Below, one piece after another: positions 12,219 through 23,712 of a stretch of DNA of 64,000 nt; the first letter of the stretch is position 1; each line of letters opens with the position of its first letter. Made by a program: the position numbers and the translations under genes. This stretch comes from Escherichia coli (GTDB lineage: Bacteria; Pseudomonadota; Gammaproteobacteria; Enterobacterales; Enterobacteriaceae), in NCBI RefSeq assembly GCF_013315695.1, contig NZ_CP054353.1; one strand, given 5' to 3'. The notes beneath the pieces were generated by a model that was given only the letters and a program-made list of their open reading frames with translations, made no database searches and was not told where the DNA came from.

Positions 12219-13265
12219 CTAACGGTAGCTTGCAATTTCCGCTTTCAACGCGCTAATTTCAGCATCGCCATCAACAATTCCCAGCTCAAAGCAGTATGTC
12301 TTTGTTTCCCCTGGCTCTATAAAGGGCAGACGCCCCTGCGCTCGTTCTTTATCACGACCGTCAGGAAAACTATTGCTGACCTCCAGCCCCATAACATATT
12401 CACCCGCGCCTAAATTTTTCCAGTGGATAAAGTTGGGTAGCTGCATGGTGTCGAATTTCTCGTAAATTCCCCACCCCAGTTCGGCGTTCACCAGCGCAAC
12501 TTTACTCATCCCCTGACTGTCGCTATTCAACGTGAGATAGTAAACCTGCTCGTCAAAACCGGGCTGTGGGGTACAAATCTCCAGATGACTGGTTAACCCT
12601 TCCGCCGCATGCGGGGTTCGTGGCGTTACGCTTTTAGCCGACAGCAAGATTTCTGCCTGTGGCGATAATAAAGGCCAGCCGTAATTAAAGTGATAAAGAA
12701 TTTGCAGCGGCTGGCGGGTGAAACCATGATTAGTCACCTTGTCTTCAATGCGCAGCACATTTTCGCCATAACGGCAGCGAATGGTCCTTTCCAGCGTCAG
12801 ATTTTCACCGAACAATCGTGTTTCCCGTACTTTGCCATTGATGACAAATTCAATGCCGTCGTCGGTCCGTTCTGTGCGATACCCCACCTCTTCTGCTGGA
12901 GTCGCAGCCAAACGCCCGTGTAACCCCAGCGTTTCTCCGTTATCCTCACAGGGCGTGCCAATGTAGCTAAGTCCGCAGGTAGTCAGTAACCCCGCGTAGA
13001 AGCTACGTAAAAACCCGTTGCCCTGAGACTCAAAAAAAGCGGGGGCGACAATGCCGTTGGGGGTGATAAAAGAGAGCGCAGTATCCTTGTAGCTGGCCCA
13101 TGCAATATCCAGCGCGCGATCTTTTACCACCGTAAATGCCAGTCCCGCACCAGTACGGACATCAAACGCTTCTGTCCCCTTTGCTCTGCCACTACGTAAC
13201 TCATAGTGTTTAATTCCGGCAACCTGCGAGAGATCGCCAATCCACGACCAAATTTCGTTTTTCAT
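12219..13265 (-). CDS. Island protein, 348 aa; possibly aldose-1-epimerase (mutarotase)-like, assignment tentative
   Basis: Complete ORF whose stop/start overlaps the start of the downstream kinase gene (13262..13265), i.e. operon-coupled. No signal peptide or transmembrane segment seen. Family call is impression only. Confidence 0.65.
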   Translation of the reverse strand: MKNEIWSWIGDLSQVAGIKHYELRSGRAKGTEAFDVRTGAGLAFTVVKDRALDIAWASYKDTALSFITPNGIVAPAFFESQGNGFLRSFYAGLLTTCGLSYIGTPCEDNGETLGLHGRLAATPAEEVGYRTERTDDGIEFVINGKVRETRLFGENLTLERTIRCRYGENVLRIEDKVTNHGFTRQPLQILYHFNYGWPLLSPQAEILLSAKSVTPRTPHAAEGLTSHLEICTPQPGFDEQVYYLTLNSDSQGMSKVALVNAELGWGIYEKFDTMQLPNFIHWKNLGAGEYVMGLEVSNSFPDGRDKERAQGRLPFIEPGETKTYCFELGIVDGDAEISALKAEIASYR

Positions 13266-14224
13266 TGTGCTGCTTCCCGAATGGACATGTCATGGCGCTG
13301 GATGAACGCTTCGATTTCCGCAAGGCGAGACGTTCCCTCCATTGGGCCACGTCGGGTTACCGCCAGTGCACCGCAGGCGTTGGCATATTGTAATGCCCGA
13401 TGGGCGTCAAACCCTAGCTGGCGGCAGGCAATCCACGCGCCACCAAAACAGTCTCCCGCACCGGTCGGGTCAACTTCTTCCACCGGATAGCTCTCAACAT
13501 GAAACTGCTCATTCGCGGAGTAGTAACTGGCACCTTGATTGCCGCGCTTCACAATCACCTCTTTAACACCTTCTTCAAGAAAACCAGCGATTGCACGCTC
13601 CGGTGTCGAGTGTGGCGACAAGAGCAACACTTCTCCCTCGCTGGGCATATAGATATCTGTTAACTCAAGAACAAAGTGGAGGGCGTCACGCATTTCTGGA
13701 ATATCGAGCATCTCTTTCCGAATATTAGGGTCAAAAGAAATAACGCCACCATTCTCTTTTACAATGGTTACCGCTTTCTTTACTGCGTCTACCATATGGA
13801 ATGAAAACAGGGATGAACCCATAATATGAAAATGGGTACAGTCCTTCAGAATATTTTCATCAACATGCTGCGCCGATAATTTACCGCAAGCGGCATTCTT
13901 GATATTAAAAATAAAATCGCGATCGCCAGAGTTATGATAAGTAACAAAGGCACTCCCGGTAGCTTCCAGAGGTAAGACTGAAATCCCCCTGATATCCACA
14001 CCGTCAGCAGCCAGACGATGTATATTAATATCACCAAAGCCATCATTCCCCACACAGCTAATGATGCCGCACGGAACGCCAAGACGTGTCACCTGGTCGA
14101 TAAAAATAGCGGGTGCGCCACTGGGATAAGGGCCGTTCCAGATACCTGGTTGATCAAATGGCTGGCCGATTTTACTCGCCATAATTTCAACCAGAATTTC
14201 TCCAATTGTGAAGACCTTACTCAT
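13262..14224 (-). CDS. pfkB/ribokinase-family sugar (phosphate) kinase, copy 1
   Basis: 320-aa translation with the family's C-terminal signature DPTGAGDCFGGA and an N-terminal Gly-rich substrate region. Confidence 0.85.
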   Translation of the reverse strand: MSKVFTIGEILVEIMASKIGQPFDQPGIWNGPYPSGAPAIFIDQVTRLGVPCGIISCVGNDGFGDINIHRLAADGVDIRGISVLPLEATGSAFVTYHNSGDRDFIFNIKNAACGKLSAQHVDENILKDCTHFHIMGSSLFSFHMVDAVKKAVTIVKENGGVISFDPNIRKEMLDIPEMRDALHFVLELTDIYMPSEGEVLLLSPHSTPERAIAGFLEEGVKEVIVKRGNQGASYYSANEQFHVESYPVEEVDPTGAGDCFGGAWIACRQLGFDAHRALQYANACGALAVTRRGPMEGTSRLAEIEAFIQRHDMSIREAAQ

Positions 14225-14245
14225 ATGATTAATTCCTTGAAATGA

Positions 14246-15235
14246 TTAGCTGCGTTTTCTTTTATTTCTTACGTCAAAATAAACGGCTACAAGAATGACT
14301 AATCCTTTAACCACCATCTGATAGAAATAGGGAACGTTCATTAAGTTCATGCCATTATTAATAACGCCGATGGTTAATGCCCCGATTACCGTCCCCACCA
14401 CGGTTCCATAGCCGCCGTTCAGGCTGGTGCCTCCCAGTACAGCCGCAGCAATAGCATCCAGTTCGTAGCTCAACGCGGAATTCGGTTGCCCGGAATAGAG
14501 GCGTGAGGCGAGGATCATCCCGCTGATACCTGCCAGCACAGCTGTAATCATAAAGACTTTTATTTTCAAGCGGGTGACATTTATCCCTGAATAAACTGCC
14601 GCTTCTTTATTACCACCAGTGATATAAATCTTTCGTCCAAAGGTTGTTTTAGTAAGAATGAAATGGTTAATCAGCAATAAGATAATTAATATCCAGATTG
14701 GAATAGGTATATAGAGAAATTCTCCATTCCCCAGCGCCAGAAAGGCATCATCTTTAATCATGATGGGCATACCATCGGTCACTATATAAGCGATACCACG
14801 GAAGATCCCCATAGTAGCAACGGTGACAATAAACGACGGGATCCCCGCTATAGCCGTCAAGCCACCATTTATCATCCCCAGAGCCAGGGCTGCAATAATG
14901 GATAATGGGACCAATAAAATAAATGGAATTCCCCATGAAGCCCCAAGCGCAGCAAATGTGCCAATCAATGCAATGGTTGAACCAACCGATAAATCAATAT
15001 CGCCAAGCAAAAGTACGTAAGTCATTCCATAGGCGGTAATTGCAATTATCGAAACCTGAAGAATAATATTAGTAATGTTATTGGCGGTAAAAAAACTGTC
15101 ATTAATAAAACTGAACAGAATGATTAACACCACCATTCCACTGAGGATACCGCCATATTGCCTGAAGACTTTTTTAAAATTATTTGCAATGGGAATTTCC
15201 GAAGGTTTCGGACTGGCAAGAGTTTTCTCTGTCAT
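14246..15235 (-). CDS. ABC sugar transporter permease (RbsC-like)
   Basis: 329-aa highly hydrophobic protein with multiple predicted membrane spans; immediately downstream of, and contiguous with, the ATPase gene. Confidence 0.85.
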   Translation of the reverse strand: MTEKTLASPKPSEIPIANNFKKVFRQYGGILSGMVVLIILFSFINDSFFTANNITNIILQVSIIAITAYGMTYVLLLGDIDLSVGSTIALIGTFAALGASWGIPFILLVPLSIIAALALGMINGGLTAIAGIPSFIVTVATMGIFRGIAYIVTDGMPIMIKDDAFLALGNGEFLYIPIPIWILIILLLINHFILTKTTFGRKIYITGGNKEAAVYSGINVTRLKIKVFMITAVLAGISGMILASRLYSGQPNSALSYELDAIAAAVLGGTSLNGGYGTVVGTVIGALTIGVINNGMNLMNVPYFYQMVVKGLVILVAVYFDVRNKRKRS

Positions 15236-16735
15236 TTAACGTACTCCTGTTGCAGCGGTCATTACCTGTGTCTGCGTTAAATTTTCACATGAATAAATAT
15301 CGGCAATCGTTTTATTACGCATTACCACCAGACGATCGCTAAGTGCCATGACTTCTGGCAGTTCAGAGGACACCAGAATAATTGCTGTCCCTGCCGCAGC
15401 CAGTTGACGTATCACGTTATAGATTTCAAATTTTGCGCCGACATCCACTCCGCGCGTTGGCTCATCGAGCAATAAAATACGCGGAGTTTTCTCCAGCCAC
15501 TTCGATAACACGATTTTCTGTTGATTACCGCCGCTCAGTGCTCCCACTGCCTGATGTACAGAACTCACTTTAGTGTTCATTCTGGCAATTGATTGCAGCG
15601 TCTTCGCCTCTTCTTGTCGGTGATTGATAAGTCCTATCCGCGAAGCGTTATATTGAAACGCCACATGGTGCGTGTTCATATTGACGTCGTGCATCAGCAC
15701 TAACCCTTCTTCCTTGCGGTTTTCGGTCACAAAAGCAATGCCATGATCAATAGCCTGTTTGGGATTAGCGATCCTGACTTCCTTACCATCAATCAACACA
15801 GTCCCGTGATACGAAACGAGGCCAAATAGCGCCTTCATCACATCGGAACGCCCGGCCCCCACCAGGCCAAAAAATCCGAGGACTTCCCCCGGACGCACAG
15901 CGAAACTGACCTCTTTAAAAAGCGAAGGATGGGAAAGGTTTTTTACTTCCAGTTTTGCAGGAACATTTTCATCCGGCTTTTCCCCAAGACGTGCTGGCCA
16001 AATATTTTTCATTTCCCGACCAACCATTTGGGCAATCAAATGCTGGATATCACTGTTTTTCTTTTCATGCGTAGCGATATACTCACCGTCGCGGATCACC
16101 GAAATATCATCTGAAATCCGCATAATTTCATCCATGCGATGAGAGATATAAATAACCGCACAACCTCGCTGCTTTAATTTCTCAATAATGTTAAACAGAA
16201 TCTCTGCTTCATTATCACTTAGCGAAGATGTCGGTTCATCCATAATCACGACATCTGCTGCATAGCTTAAGGCTTTGGCAATTTCTACCAGTTGCCTATG
16301 TGCCATCGACATATTGCCGACCATTTCCAGCGGATCCAGTGGGATGCCCAGTTCCGCGAGGAGATTCTGGCAATCTGCGAGCATTTTTTTATCGTTAATA
16401 ATGCCAAAACGTCGCGGTTCATTATTGGCATAAATATTTTCCGCCACGGTCATATTATTACTCAGGCTCAGTTCCTGAAAAATAATCGCAATCCCTAACT
16501 GGCGAGAATGCTGCGGATTATTAATGGTGATGGTTTCACCACGTAGTGTTATCGTTCCCTGGGTTGGCGGATAAACACCGGCGAGTATTTTCATTAATGT
16601 CGATTTACCGGCACCATTCTCGCCTAATAAAGTATGCACCCGCCCTTTACGTAAAGAGAGGGTAATATCTTTTAATGCCTGAACATGACCAAATGTCTTC
16701 GCAATATGCGAAACATCAAGAATAACATCCGTCAT
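15236..16735 (-). CDS. ABC sugar transporter ATP-binding protein with duplicated nucleotide-binding domains (RbsA-like)
   Basis: 499-aa translation with two Walker A motifs (GENGAGKST; GLVGAGRS) and two ABC signature motifs (LSGGNQQK-type), typical of monosaccharide importer ATPases. Confidence 0.9.
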   Translation of the reverse strand: MTDVILDVSHIAKTFGHVQALKDITLSLRKGRVHTLLGENGAGKSTLMKILAGVYPPTQGTITLRGETITINNPQHSRQLGIAIIFQELSLSNNMTVAENIYANNEPRRFGIINDKKMLADCQNLLAELGIPLDPLEMVGNMSMAHRQLVEIAKALSYAADVVIMDEPTSSLSDNEAEILFNIIEKLKQRGCAVIYISHRMDEIMRISDDISVIRDGEYIATHEKKNSDIQHLIAQMVGREMKNIWPARLGEKPDENVPAKLEVKNLSHPSLFKEVSFAVRPGEVLGFFGLVGAGRSDVMKALFGLVSYHGTVLIDGKEVRIANPKQAIDHGIAFVTENRKEEGLVLMHDVNMNTHHVAFQYNASRIGLINHRQEEAKTLQSIARMNTKVSSVHQAVGALSGGNQQKIVLSKWLEKTPRILLLDEPTRGVDVGAKFEIYNVIRQLAAAGTAIILVSSELPEVMALSDRLVVMRNKTIADIYSCENLTQTQVMTAATGVR

Positions 16736-16795
16736 AATGACCTCGGTGTCACAACAAAACGTCGATAACGTTTTGTTGTGAAATGAAGATGTTTA

Positions 16796-17686
16796 TCATT
16801 TACCTGTATAAACGCCGGGTTGTACCGGGATCATTTTTTCTACCGGTTTACCATTGAGGTGATCAACAGCGGCATCAATGGCTTTAGCACCCATTTGATC
16901 GGGATATTGCCGAATCACGGCCGCAAACGTTTTTTCACTGTCAACGGCATCACGCGCTTCTTTCATGCCGTCAAAACCAATGATTTTGATGTTGTCGTTA
17001 TGCGCAGATTTCGCTGCGATAACCGCTGCCAGCGCCGCATCATCACCAAAGCCAAACAGACCATTCAGGTTGGCATTTGCCTGCATAATGTTTTGCGCAG
17101 TCGTTAACGCTTCAGCCCGCGTAATACCAGGCTGTTCAGCAACAATTTTAATATCCGGTGTATCGCTTAACCCTTTCTTAAAACCATCAACGCGCGCAAC
17201 CACCGATTGTAATGCCGGATAAGAAATAATGGCTACAGTACCTTTACCATTCAAAAGTTTGCCCATTAACTTGCCTGCTTCAACGCCTCCCGCGTAGTTA
17301 TCGGTCGCAACATGCGATACGACCGGAACGCCTTCCGCAGCGACGTCGACGGTGATAACGGGAATACCGGCCTTATCGGCTTTAATTATCGCCGCCTGGA
17401 CGCCTTTCGAATCGACCGGAGAGATAATAATGGCATCCACTTTTTTAGTAATAAAATCCTCAACATCAGAAAGTTGTTTGTTTAAATCCTGATTGGCAAT
17501 AGAGACACTTAAATTGACATTGTCTTTTTTTGCCTCTTCTTTCATGGCATTCGCAAGATCAATATAGAAAGGATGTTGCTGTGTTAATAATGACGCACCA
17601 ATTTTATACTCTTTTGCCAACGAGCTTTGCGAGAACAATGCCAGGCTCACCAACATAGCTGAACCAAGTAATTTAATATTTTTCAT
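16796..17686 (-). CDS. Periplasmic sugar-binding protein (RbsB-like)
   Basis: 296 aa with N-terminal signal peptide (MKNIKLLGSAMLVSLALFSQSSLA) and periplasmic-binding-protein-like sequence. Confidence 0.85.
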   Translation of the reverse strand: MKNIKLLGSAMLVSLALFSQSSLAKEYKIGASLLTQQHPFYIDLANAMKEEAKKDNVNLSVSIANQDLNKQLSDVEDFITKKVDAIIISPVDSKGVQAAIIKADKAGIPVITVDVAAEGVPVVSHVATDNYAGGVEAGKLMGKLLNGKGTVAIISYPALQSVVARVDGFKKGLSDTPDIKIVAEQPGITRAEALTTAQNIMQANANLNGLFGFGDDAALAAVIAAKSAHNDNIKIIGFDGMKEARDAVDSEKTFAAVIRQYPDQMGAKAIDAAVDHLNGKPVEKMIPVQPGVYTGK

Positions 17687-17721
17687 AAATAATCCTCATT
17701 GTTTTTGTAGGGTACAACATC

Positions 17722-18603
<882 letters not shown>

Positions 18604-18697
18604 TTACAAAATGAAGAAAGAGAATCTTCACTTTCATTTTGAAAGCAAACTAGCACAGCAAAAGCGGCAAAAAGCGTGATGCATGTCGAATATCATC

Positions 18698-18722
18698 AAA
18701 ATAACTTACAAAAAATAACTTA
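18698..18722. repeat. Tandem direct repeat aaaataactta (two copies, 14-bp register) in the divergent island control region
   Basis: Exact 11-bp repeat at 18698..18708 and 18712..18722, between the divergent aldolase operon and the DeoR-family regulator gene. Confidence 0.35.
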
Positions 18723-18917
18723 ATTTGTTTTTTACTTTGTAAGTGAAACCAATGACACCTCTGCATAAATATGAATATATTCATTTATTTTTCAATGTAT
18801 TAAGCTATTTTCGTTGCGATTTTTGACCCATGATTTTCTTTTCGAATTGTCGATATTATTGAAGGGTAACTTTCAAAGAAAAATACAAGGGGCTATAGTG
18901 TTACGCATTAAAGGCCA

Positions 18918-19748
18918 ATGAAGAGTGTTAACGTGCCGAGAAAATCGTCTAACCTACTGAAACGCAGATTAAAAATTGCAGAAATTGTTGCCGCCCAGGG
19001 TGAAATCAAAGTTGATGACTTATCTGCGCAACTTGGTGTCTCTAGCGTGACGATCCGCGGCGATCTCAGTTATCTGGAGCAACAGGGATATTTAAAGCGA
19101 TCATTTGGCGGTGCTATTGCGACACCACTCTCCTCTGAACCAGAAGCGATACAACCGATCGCGCCGTTGTCTCTGGCACAACAAATGGAAATAGCACGAC
19201 ATTGCGCACGGTTAATTCGGGATCGTGACACGCTATTTCTTGGACATGGGACAATCTGCCGTAAGATCATTCCCTTGCTCAGCGAAGTGAAAAAACTGCG
19301 TCTGATCACCAACGATCCCGAACATGCGCTGCTGGCAAATCAGTTTATTGATGGCGAAATAATACTGGCTGGCAGTGAAATGCTGCGCCCCGATACCGCA
19401 CTGGCCGGAAAACCTCTCGAACAGGCACTTCAGCATTTCACCATTACACATAGCATTCTGGAAATCAGCCATCTGGATGCTGATGGTACTTTAAATATCA
19501 ACGTTCCCAGACTTGCCGCTGCCTGGCAGCTCTGTTTCGATAATGCCCAGAATAAGACGGTTATCGTTGCCGCCGATCCTGCGCCATCAACGGCTGCTAT
19601 CGGGCATTTGCATCAAGCAGAAAATGTGATCGTCAGCCGCAGCATTAACGAACAATATCAGCAACAATTGCAGTCGGCTGATTTCGTTATCCTTTATACC
19701 AGTAATGAGTGCTTTACCTGGTCCAATCGCGAAAGGCTTCAGGAATGA
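18918..19748 (+). CDS. DeoR-family transcriptional regulator
   Basis: N-terminal helix-turn-helix pattern ...IAEIVAAQGEIKVDDLSAQLGVSSVTIRGDLSYLEQQGYLKRSFGGA..., as in GlpR/DeoR proteins; transcribed divergently from the transporter/aldolase operon. Confidence 0.8.
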   Translation: MKSVNVPRKSSNLLKRRLKIAEIVAAQGEIKVDDLSAQLGVSSVTIRGDLSYLEQQGYLKRSFGGAIATPLSSEPEAIQPIAPLSLAQQMEIARHCARLIRDRDTLFLGHGTICRKIIPLLSEVKKLRLITNDPEHALLANQFIDGEIILAGSEMLRPDTALAGKPLEQALQHFTITHSILEISHLDADGTLNINVPRLAAAWQLCFDNAQNKTVIVAADPAPSTAAIGHLHQAENVIVSRSINEQYQQQLQSADFVILYTSNECFTWSNRERLQE

Positions 19749-19758
19749 GAGGGGTTTT

Positions 19759-20715
19759 GTGACAATAACTATCTGCGCTATGGGCGAATTGCTGGCCGAG
19801 TTTTTGTCCCGCAACCCACATCAAAAATTCACTCAGCCTGGGGAGTTTATCGGGCCATTTCCCAGCGGTGCACCAGCAATTTTTGCTGCTCAGGTGGCAA
19901 AACTGTCCCATCGGGCCATCTTCTTCGGATGTGTTGGTAATGATGATTTTGGCCGACTCATTATAGAGCGTCTCCGTCATGAAGGTGTCATTACCGATGG
20001 GATTCACGTTATGAACAATGCCGTCACAGGTACGGCGTTCGTGAGTTATCAAAATCCCCAGCAGCGGGATTTCGTCTTTAATATCCCTAACAGCGCCTGC
20101 GGTTTGTTTACTGCCGAGCACATTGATAAGGATCTGCTTAAACAGTGTAACCATCTGCATATTGTGGGCTCATCGTTGTTCTCATTTCGCATGATCGATG
20201 TCATGCGTAAAGCAATAACGACGATCAAATCGGCTGGCGGAACCGTTTCTTTCGATCCCAATATTCGCAAAGAGATGCTGAGCATTCCTGAAATGGCGCA
20301 GGCCCTCGATTATTTGATTGAATATACGGATATTTTTATCCCCAGCGAAAGCGAACTCCCTTTCTTCGCGCGTCACAAAAATCTGTCAGAAGAACAGATT
20401 GTTAGCGATCTTCTCCACGGCGGCGTAAAACATGTGGCGATAAAACGCGCCCAGCGTGGGGCCAGCTATTACAAGCTTAAAAACGGTACATTACACGCCC
20501 AGCATGTTACAGGCCACGATATCGAAATTATCGATCCAACGGGTGCAGGCGACTGCTTTGGCGCAACGTTTATCACTCTTTTCTTATCCGGTTTCCCGGC
20601 ACACAAGGCGCTGCAATATGCAAATGCCAGCGGCGCGCTCGCCGTAATGCAGCAAGGTCCGATGGAAGGGATATCCTCACTGACTGACATTGAAGACTTT
20701 TTGCAGCAGCACTGA
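19759..20715 (+). CDS. pfkB/ribokinase-family sugar (phosphate) kinase, copy 2
   Basis: Paralogue of the 13262..14224 kinase (shared blocks PSGAPAIF, GSSLFSF, SFDPNIRKEML, DPTGAGDCFG, LQYANA.GALAV). Start set at GTG 19759, just after the regulator stop and a gagagggg stretch; the ORF-track start at 19705 overlaps the regulator. Confidence 0.85.
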   Translation: MTITICAMGELLAEFLSRNPHQKFTQPGEFIGPFPSGAPAIFAAQVAKLSHRAIFFGCVGNDDFGRLIIERLRHEGVITDGIHVMNNAVTGTAFVSYQNPQQRDFVFNIPNSACGLFTAEHIDKDLLKQCNHLHIVGSSLFSFRMIDVMRKAITTIKSAGGTVSFDPNIRKEMLSIPEMAQALDYLIEYTDIFIPSESELPFFARHKNLSEEQIVSDLLHGGVKHVAIKRAQRGASYYKLKNGTLHAQHVTGHDIEIIDPTGAGDCFGATFITLFLSGFPAHKALQYANASGALAVMQQGPMEGISSLTDIEDFLQQH

Positions 20716-20807
20716 ACGGCAATTTTCTGTCAGATTATTTTCCCTGCCTGAAGAGTTGCCGTAGAATTGCCCGTTTCTCGTATCCCCCCATGAGGAGGAC
20801 CCCTTCC

Positions 20808-21050
20808 GTGGACACTCGTTTTGTTCAGGCCCATAAAGAGGCGCGCTGGGCGCTGGGGCTGACCCTTTTGTATCTGGCGGTATGGTTAGTAGCCGCTTAC
20901 TTACCTGGCGTTACCCCCGGTTTTACCGGCTTTCCACGCTGGTTTGAGATGGCTTGCATCCTGACGCCGCTGCTGTTTATTGGACTGTGCTGGGCGATGG
21001 TGAAATTTATCTATCGCGATATCCCACTGGAGGATGACGATGCAGCTTGA
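20808..21050 (+). CDS. yhdT: Small membrane protein YhdT
   Basis: Translation (V/M)DTRFVQAHKEARWALGLTLLYLAVWLVAAYL... (80 aa) from a GTG; overlaps the panF start. Confidence 0.85.
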   Translation: MDTRFVQAHKEARWALGLTLLYLAVWLVAAYLPGVTPGFTGFPRWFEMACILTPLLFIGLCWAMVKFIYRDIPLEDDDAA

Positions 21051-22491
21051 AGTAATTCTACCGCTGGTCGCCTATCTGGTGGTGGTGTTCGGTATCTCTG
21101 TTTATGCGATGCGTAAACGAAGCACTGGCACCTTCCTTAATGAGTATTTCCTCGGCAGCCGCTCTATGGGCGGTATTGTGCTGGCGATGACACTCACCGC
21201 GACCTATATCAGTGCCAGTTCGTTTATCGGCGGGCCTGGAGCTGCTTATAAATACGGCCTGGGCTGGGTATTGCTGGCGATGATTCAGCTTCCTGCAGTC
21301 TGGCTTTCGCTCGGTATTCTCGGCAAGAAGTTCGCAATTCTTGCGCGCCGCTACAATGCGGTGACGCTGAACGATATGCTGTTTGCCCGCTACCAGAGTC
21401 GTCTGCTGGTGTGGCTGGCGAGTTTAAGTTTGCTGGTTGCGTTCGTTGGTGCGATGACCGTGCAGTTTATCGGCGGTGCGCGCCTGCTGGAAACCGCGGC
21501 GGGTATCCCTTATGAAACAGGTTTGCTGATTTTTGGCATCAGCATTGCGCTCTACACCGCCTTTGGCGGCTTTCGCGCCAGCGTGCTGAACGACACCATG
21601 CAAGGGCTGGTGATGCTGATTGGCACCATTGTGCTGCTTATTGGCGTGGTCCATGCTGCTGGCGGCTTAAGCAATGCAGTAGAGACGCTGCAAACCATCG
21701 ATCCGCAACTGGTTACGCCACAAGGCGCTGACGATATTCTGTCACCTGCGTTTATGACGTCGTTCTGGGTGCTGGTGTGCTTTGGCGTTATAGGCCTGCC
21801 GCATACTGCGGTGCGCTGTATCTCTTATAAAGACAGCAAAGCAGTACATCGGGGGATCATCATCGGTACGATTGTAGTCGCAATCCTGATGTTCGGTATG
21901 CATCTGGCCGGAGCGTTAGGTCGGGCGGTGATCCCCGATCTCACCGTACCGGACCTGGTGATCCCGACGTTGATGGTAAAAGTACTGCCACCGTTTGCTG
22001 CCGGGATCTTCCTTGCAGCTCCTATGGCTGCGATCATGTCGACGATCAACGCCCAATTGCTGCAAAGTTCCGCTACGATCATTAAAGATCTCTATCTGAA
22101 TATCCGTCCGGATCAAATGCAAAACGAGACGCGCCTGAAGCGGATGTCGGCGGTGATTACGTTGATTCTCGGCGCGTTGCTGCTGCTTGCTGCATGGAAG
22201 CCGCCTGAAATGATCATCTGGCTGAATTTGCTGGCCTTCGGCGGGCTGGAAGCTGTCTTCCTGTGGCCGCTGGTACTGGGTCTTTACTGGGAACGCGCTA
22301 ACGCCAAAGGCGCGCTAAGTGCGATGATCGTTGGCGGCGTGCTGTATGCCGTACTTGCGACACTGAATATTCAGTACCTGGGCTTCCACCCTATCGTGCC
22401 CTCGTTGCTGCTAAGTTTGCTGGCTTTCCTGGTCGGAAACCGTTTCGGTACGTCCGTCCCGCAAGCTACCGTTTTGACTACTGATAAATAA
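21040..22491 (+). CDS. panF: Sodium/pantothenate symporter
   Basis: Translation [30 protein letters not shown]..., multi-span SSS-family transporter; start at second Met of the ORF-track protein. Confidence 0.95.
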
Positions 22492-22502
22492 AGAGTTTTG
22501 CC

Positions 22503-23384
22503 ATGCCTTGGATCCAACTGAAACTGAACACTACCGGCGCGAACGCGGAAGATCTTAGCGATGCGCTGATGGAAGCGGGTGCCGTTTCTATCACTTTTCA
22601 GGATACCCACGATACGCCAGTATTTGAGCCGCTGCCGGGCGAAACGCGCCTGTGGGGCGACACCGATGTGATTGGTCTGTTCGACGCTGAAACCGATATG
22701 AACGACGTGGTGGCGATTCTGGAAAACCATCCGCTGCTCGGCGCGGGCTTCGCGCATAAAATCGAACAACTGGAAGATAAAGACTGGGAGCGCGAATGGA
22801 TGGATAATTTCCACCCGATGCGCTTTGGTGAACGACTGTGGATCTGCCCAAGCTGGCGTGATGTGCCGGACGAAAACGCCGTCAACGTGATGTTAGACCC
22901 AGGGCTGGCGTTTGGTACGGGTACCCATCCAACTACCTCTCTGTGCCTGCAATGGCTCGACAGCCTCGATTTAACCGGTAAAACGGTCATCGACTTTGGC
23001 TGTGGTTCCGGCATTCTGGCTATCGCGGCGCTGAAGCTGGGTGCAGCAAAAGCCATTGGTATTGATATAGACCCGCAGGCGATTCAGGCCAGCCGCGACA
23101 ACGCCGAACGTAATGGCGTTTCTGACCGTCTGGAACTCTACCTACCTAAAGATCAGCCAGAAGAAATGAAAGCCGACGTGGTGGTCGCTAACATCCTTGC
23201 AGGCCCATTACGTGAACTGGCACCGTTAATCAGCGTCCTGCCGGTTTCAGGTGGCTTGCTGGGCCTTTCCGGTATTCTGGCAAGCCAGGCAGAGAGCGTT
23301 TGTGAAGCTTATGCCGACAGCTTCGCTCTGGACCCGGTCGTGGAAAAAGAAGAGTGGTGCCGCATTACCGGTCGTAAGAATTAA
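22503..23384 (+). CDS. prmA: Ribosomal protein L11 methyltransferase
   Basis: 293-aa translation [26 protein letters not shown]... with SAM-binding motif ([15 protein letters not shown]). Confidence 0.95.
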
Positions 23385-23639
23385 CCTTCGCATCGCCGTA
23401 GGGTGACGCAAGGCGAAGTGCGAGCAAGGTCACAAAAGGCACGTTAATTTGCCCATTATTTACGCAAATTTGCGTGCCAAAATTTTCATTCATAAAGAAA
23501 AATTGAGAACTTACTCAAATTTCTTGGAGTGTAAATTTTAGTCACTATTTTCTAATATAATGATTTTTATGAGTAATTATCGCGCCAAGCTCATTTTAAA
23601 TGCAATTCTTTGATCCATCTCAGATGATTGGTCAAAGTT

Positions 23640-23690
23640 TGGCCTTTCATCTCGTGCAAAAAATGCGTAATATACGCCGCCTTGCAGTCA
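23640..23690 (+). promoter_or_regulatory. Candidate dusB-fis operon promoter (-35 ttcatc, -10 taatat at 23668..23673, GC-rich discriminator)
   Basis: Sequence tttcatctcgtgcaaaaaatgcgtaatatacgccgcc about 40 bp upstream of dusB; GC-rich discriminator is consistent with the known stringent/growth-rate control of fis. The preceding 250 bp is AT-rich, as expected for Fis/IHF sites. Confidence 0.5.
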
Positions 23691-23712
23691 CAGTATGGTC
23701 ATTTCTTAACTC

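Noticed and set aside
23385-23440. Possible REP-like or terminator hairpin just downstream of prmA (cttcgc ... gcgaag)
   Set aside because: The stem is only 6 bp with a long loop and no T-tract; too weak to call from sequence alone.
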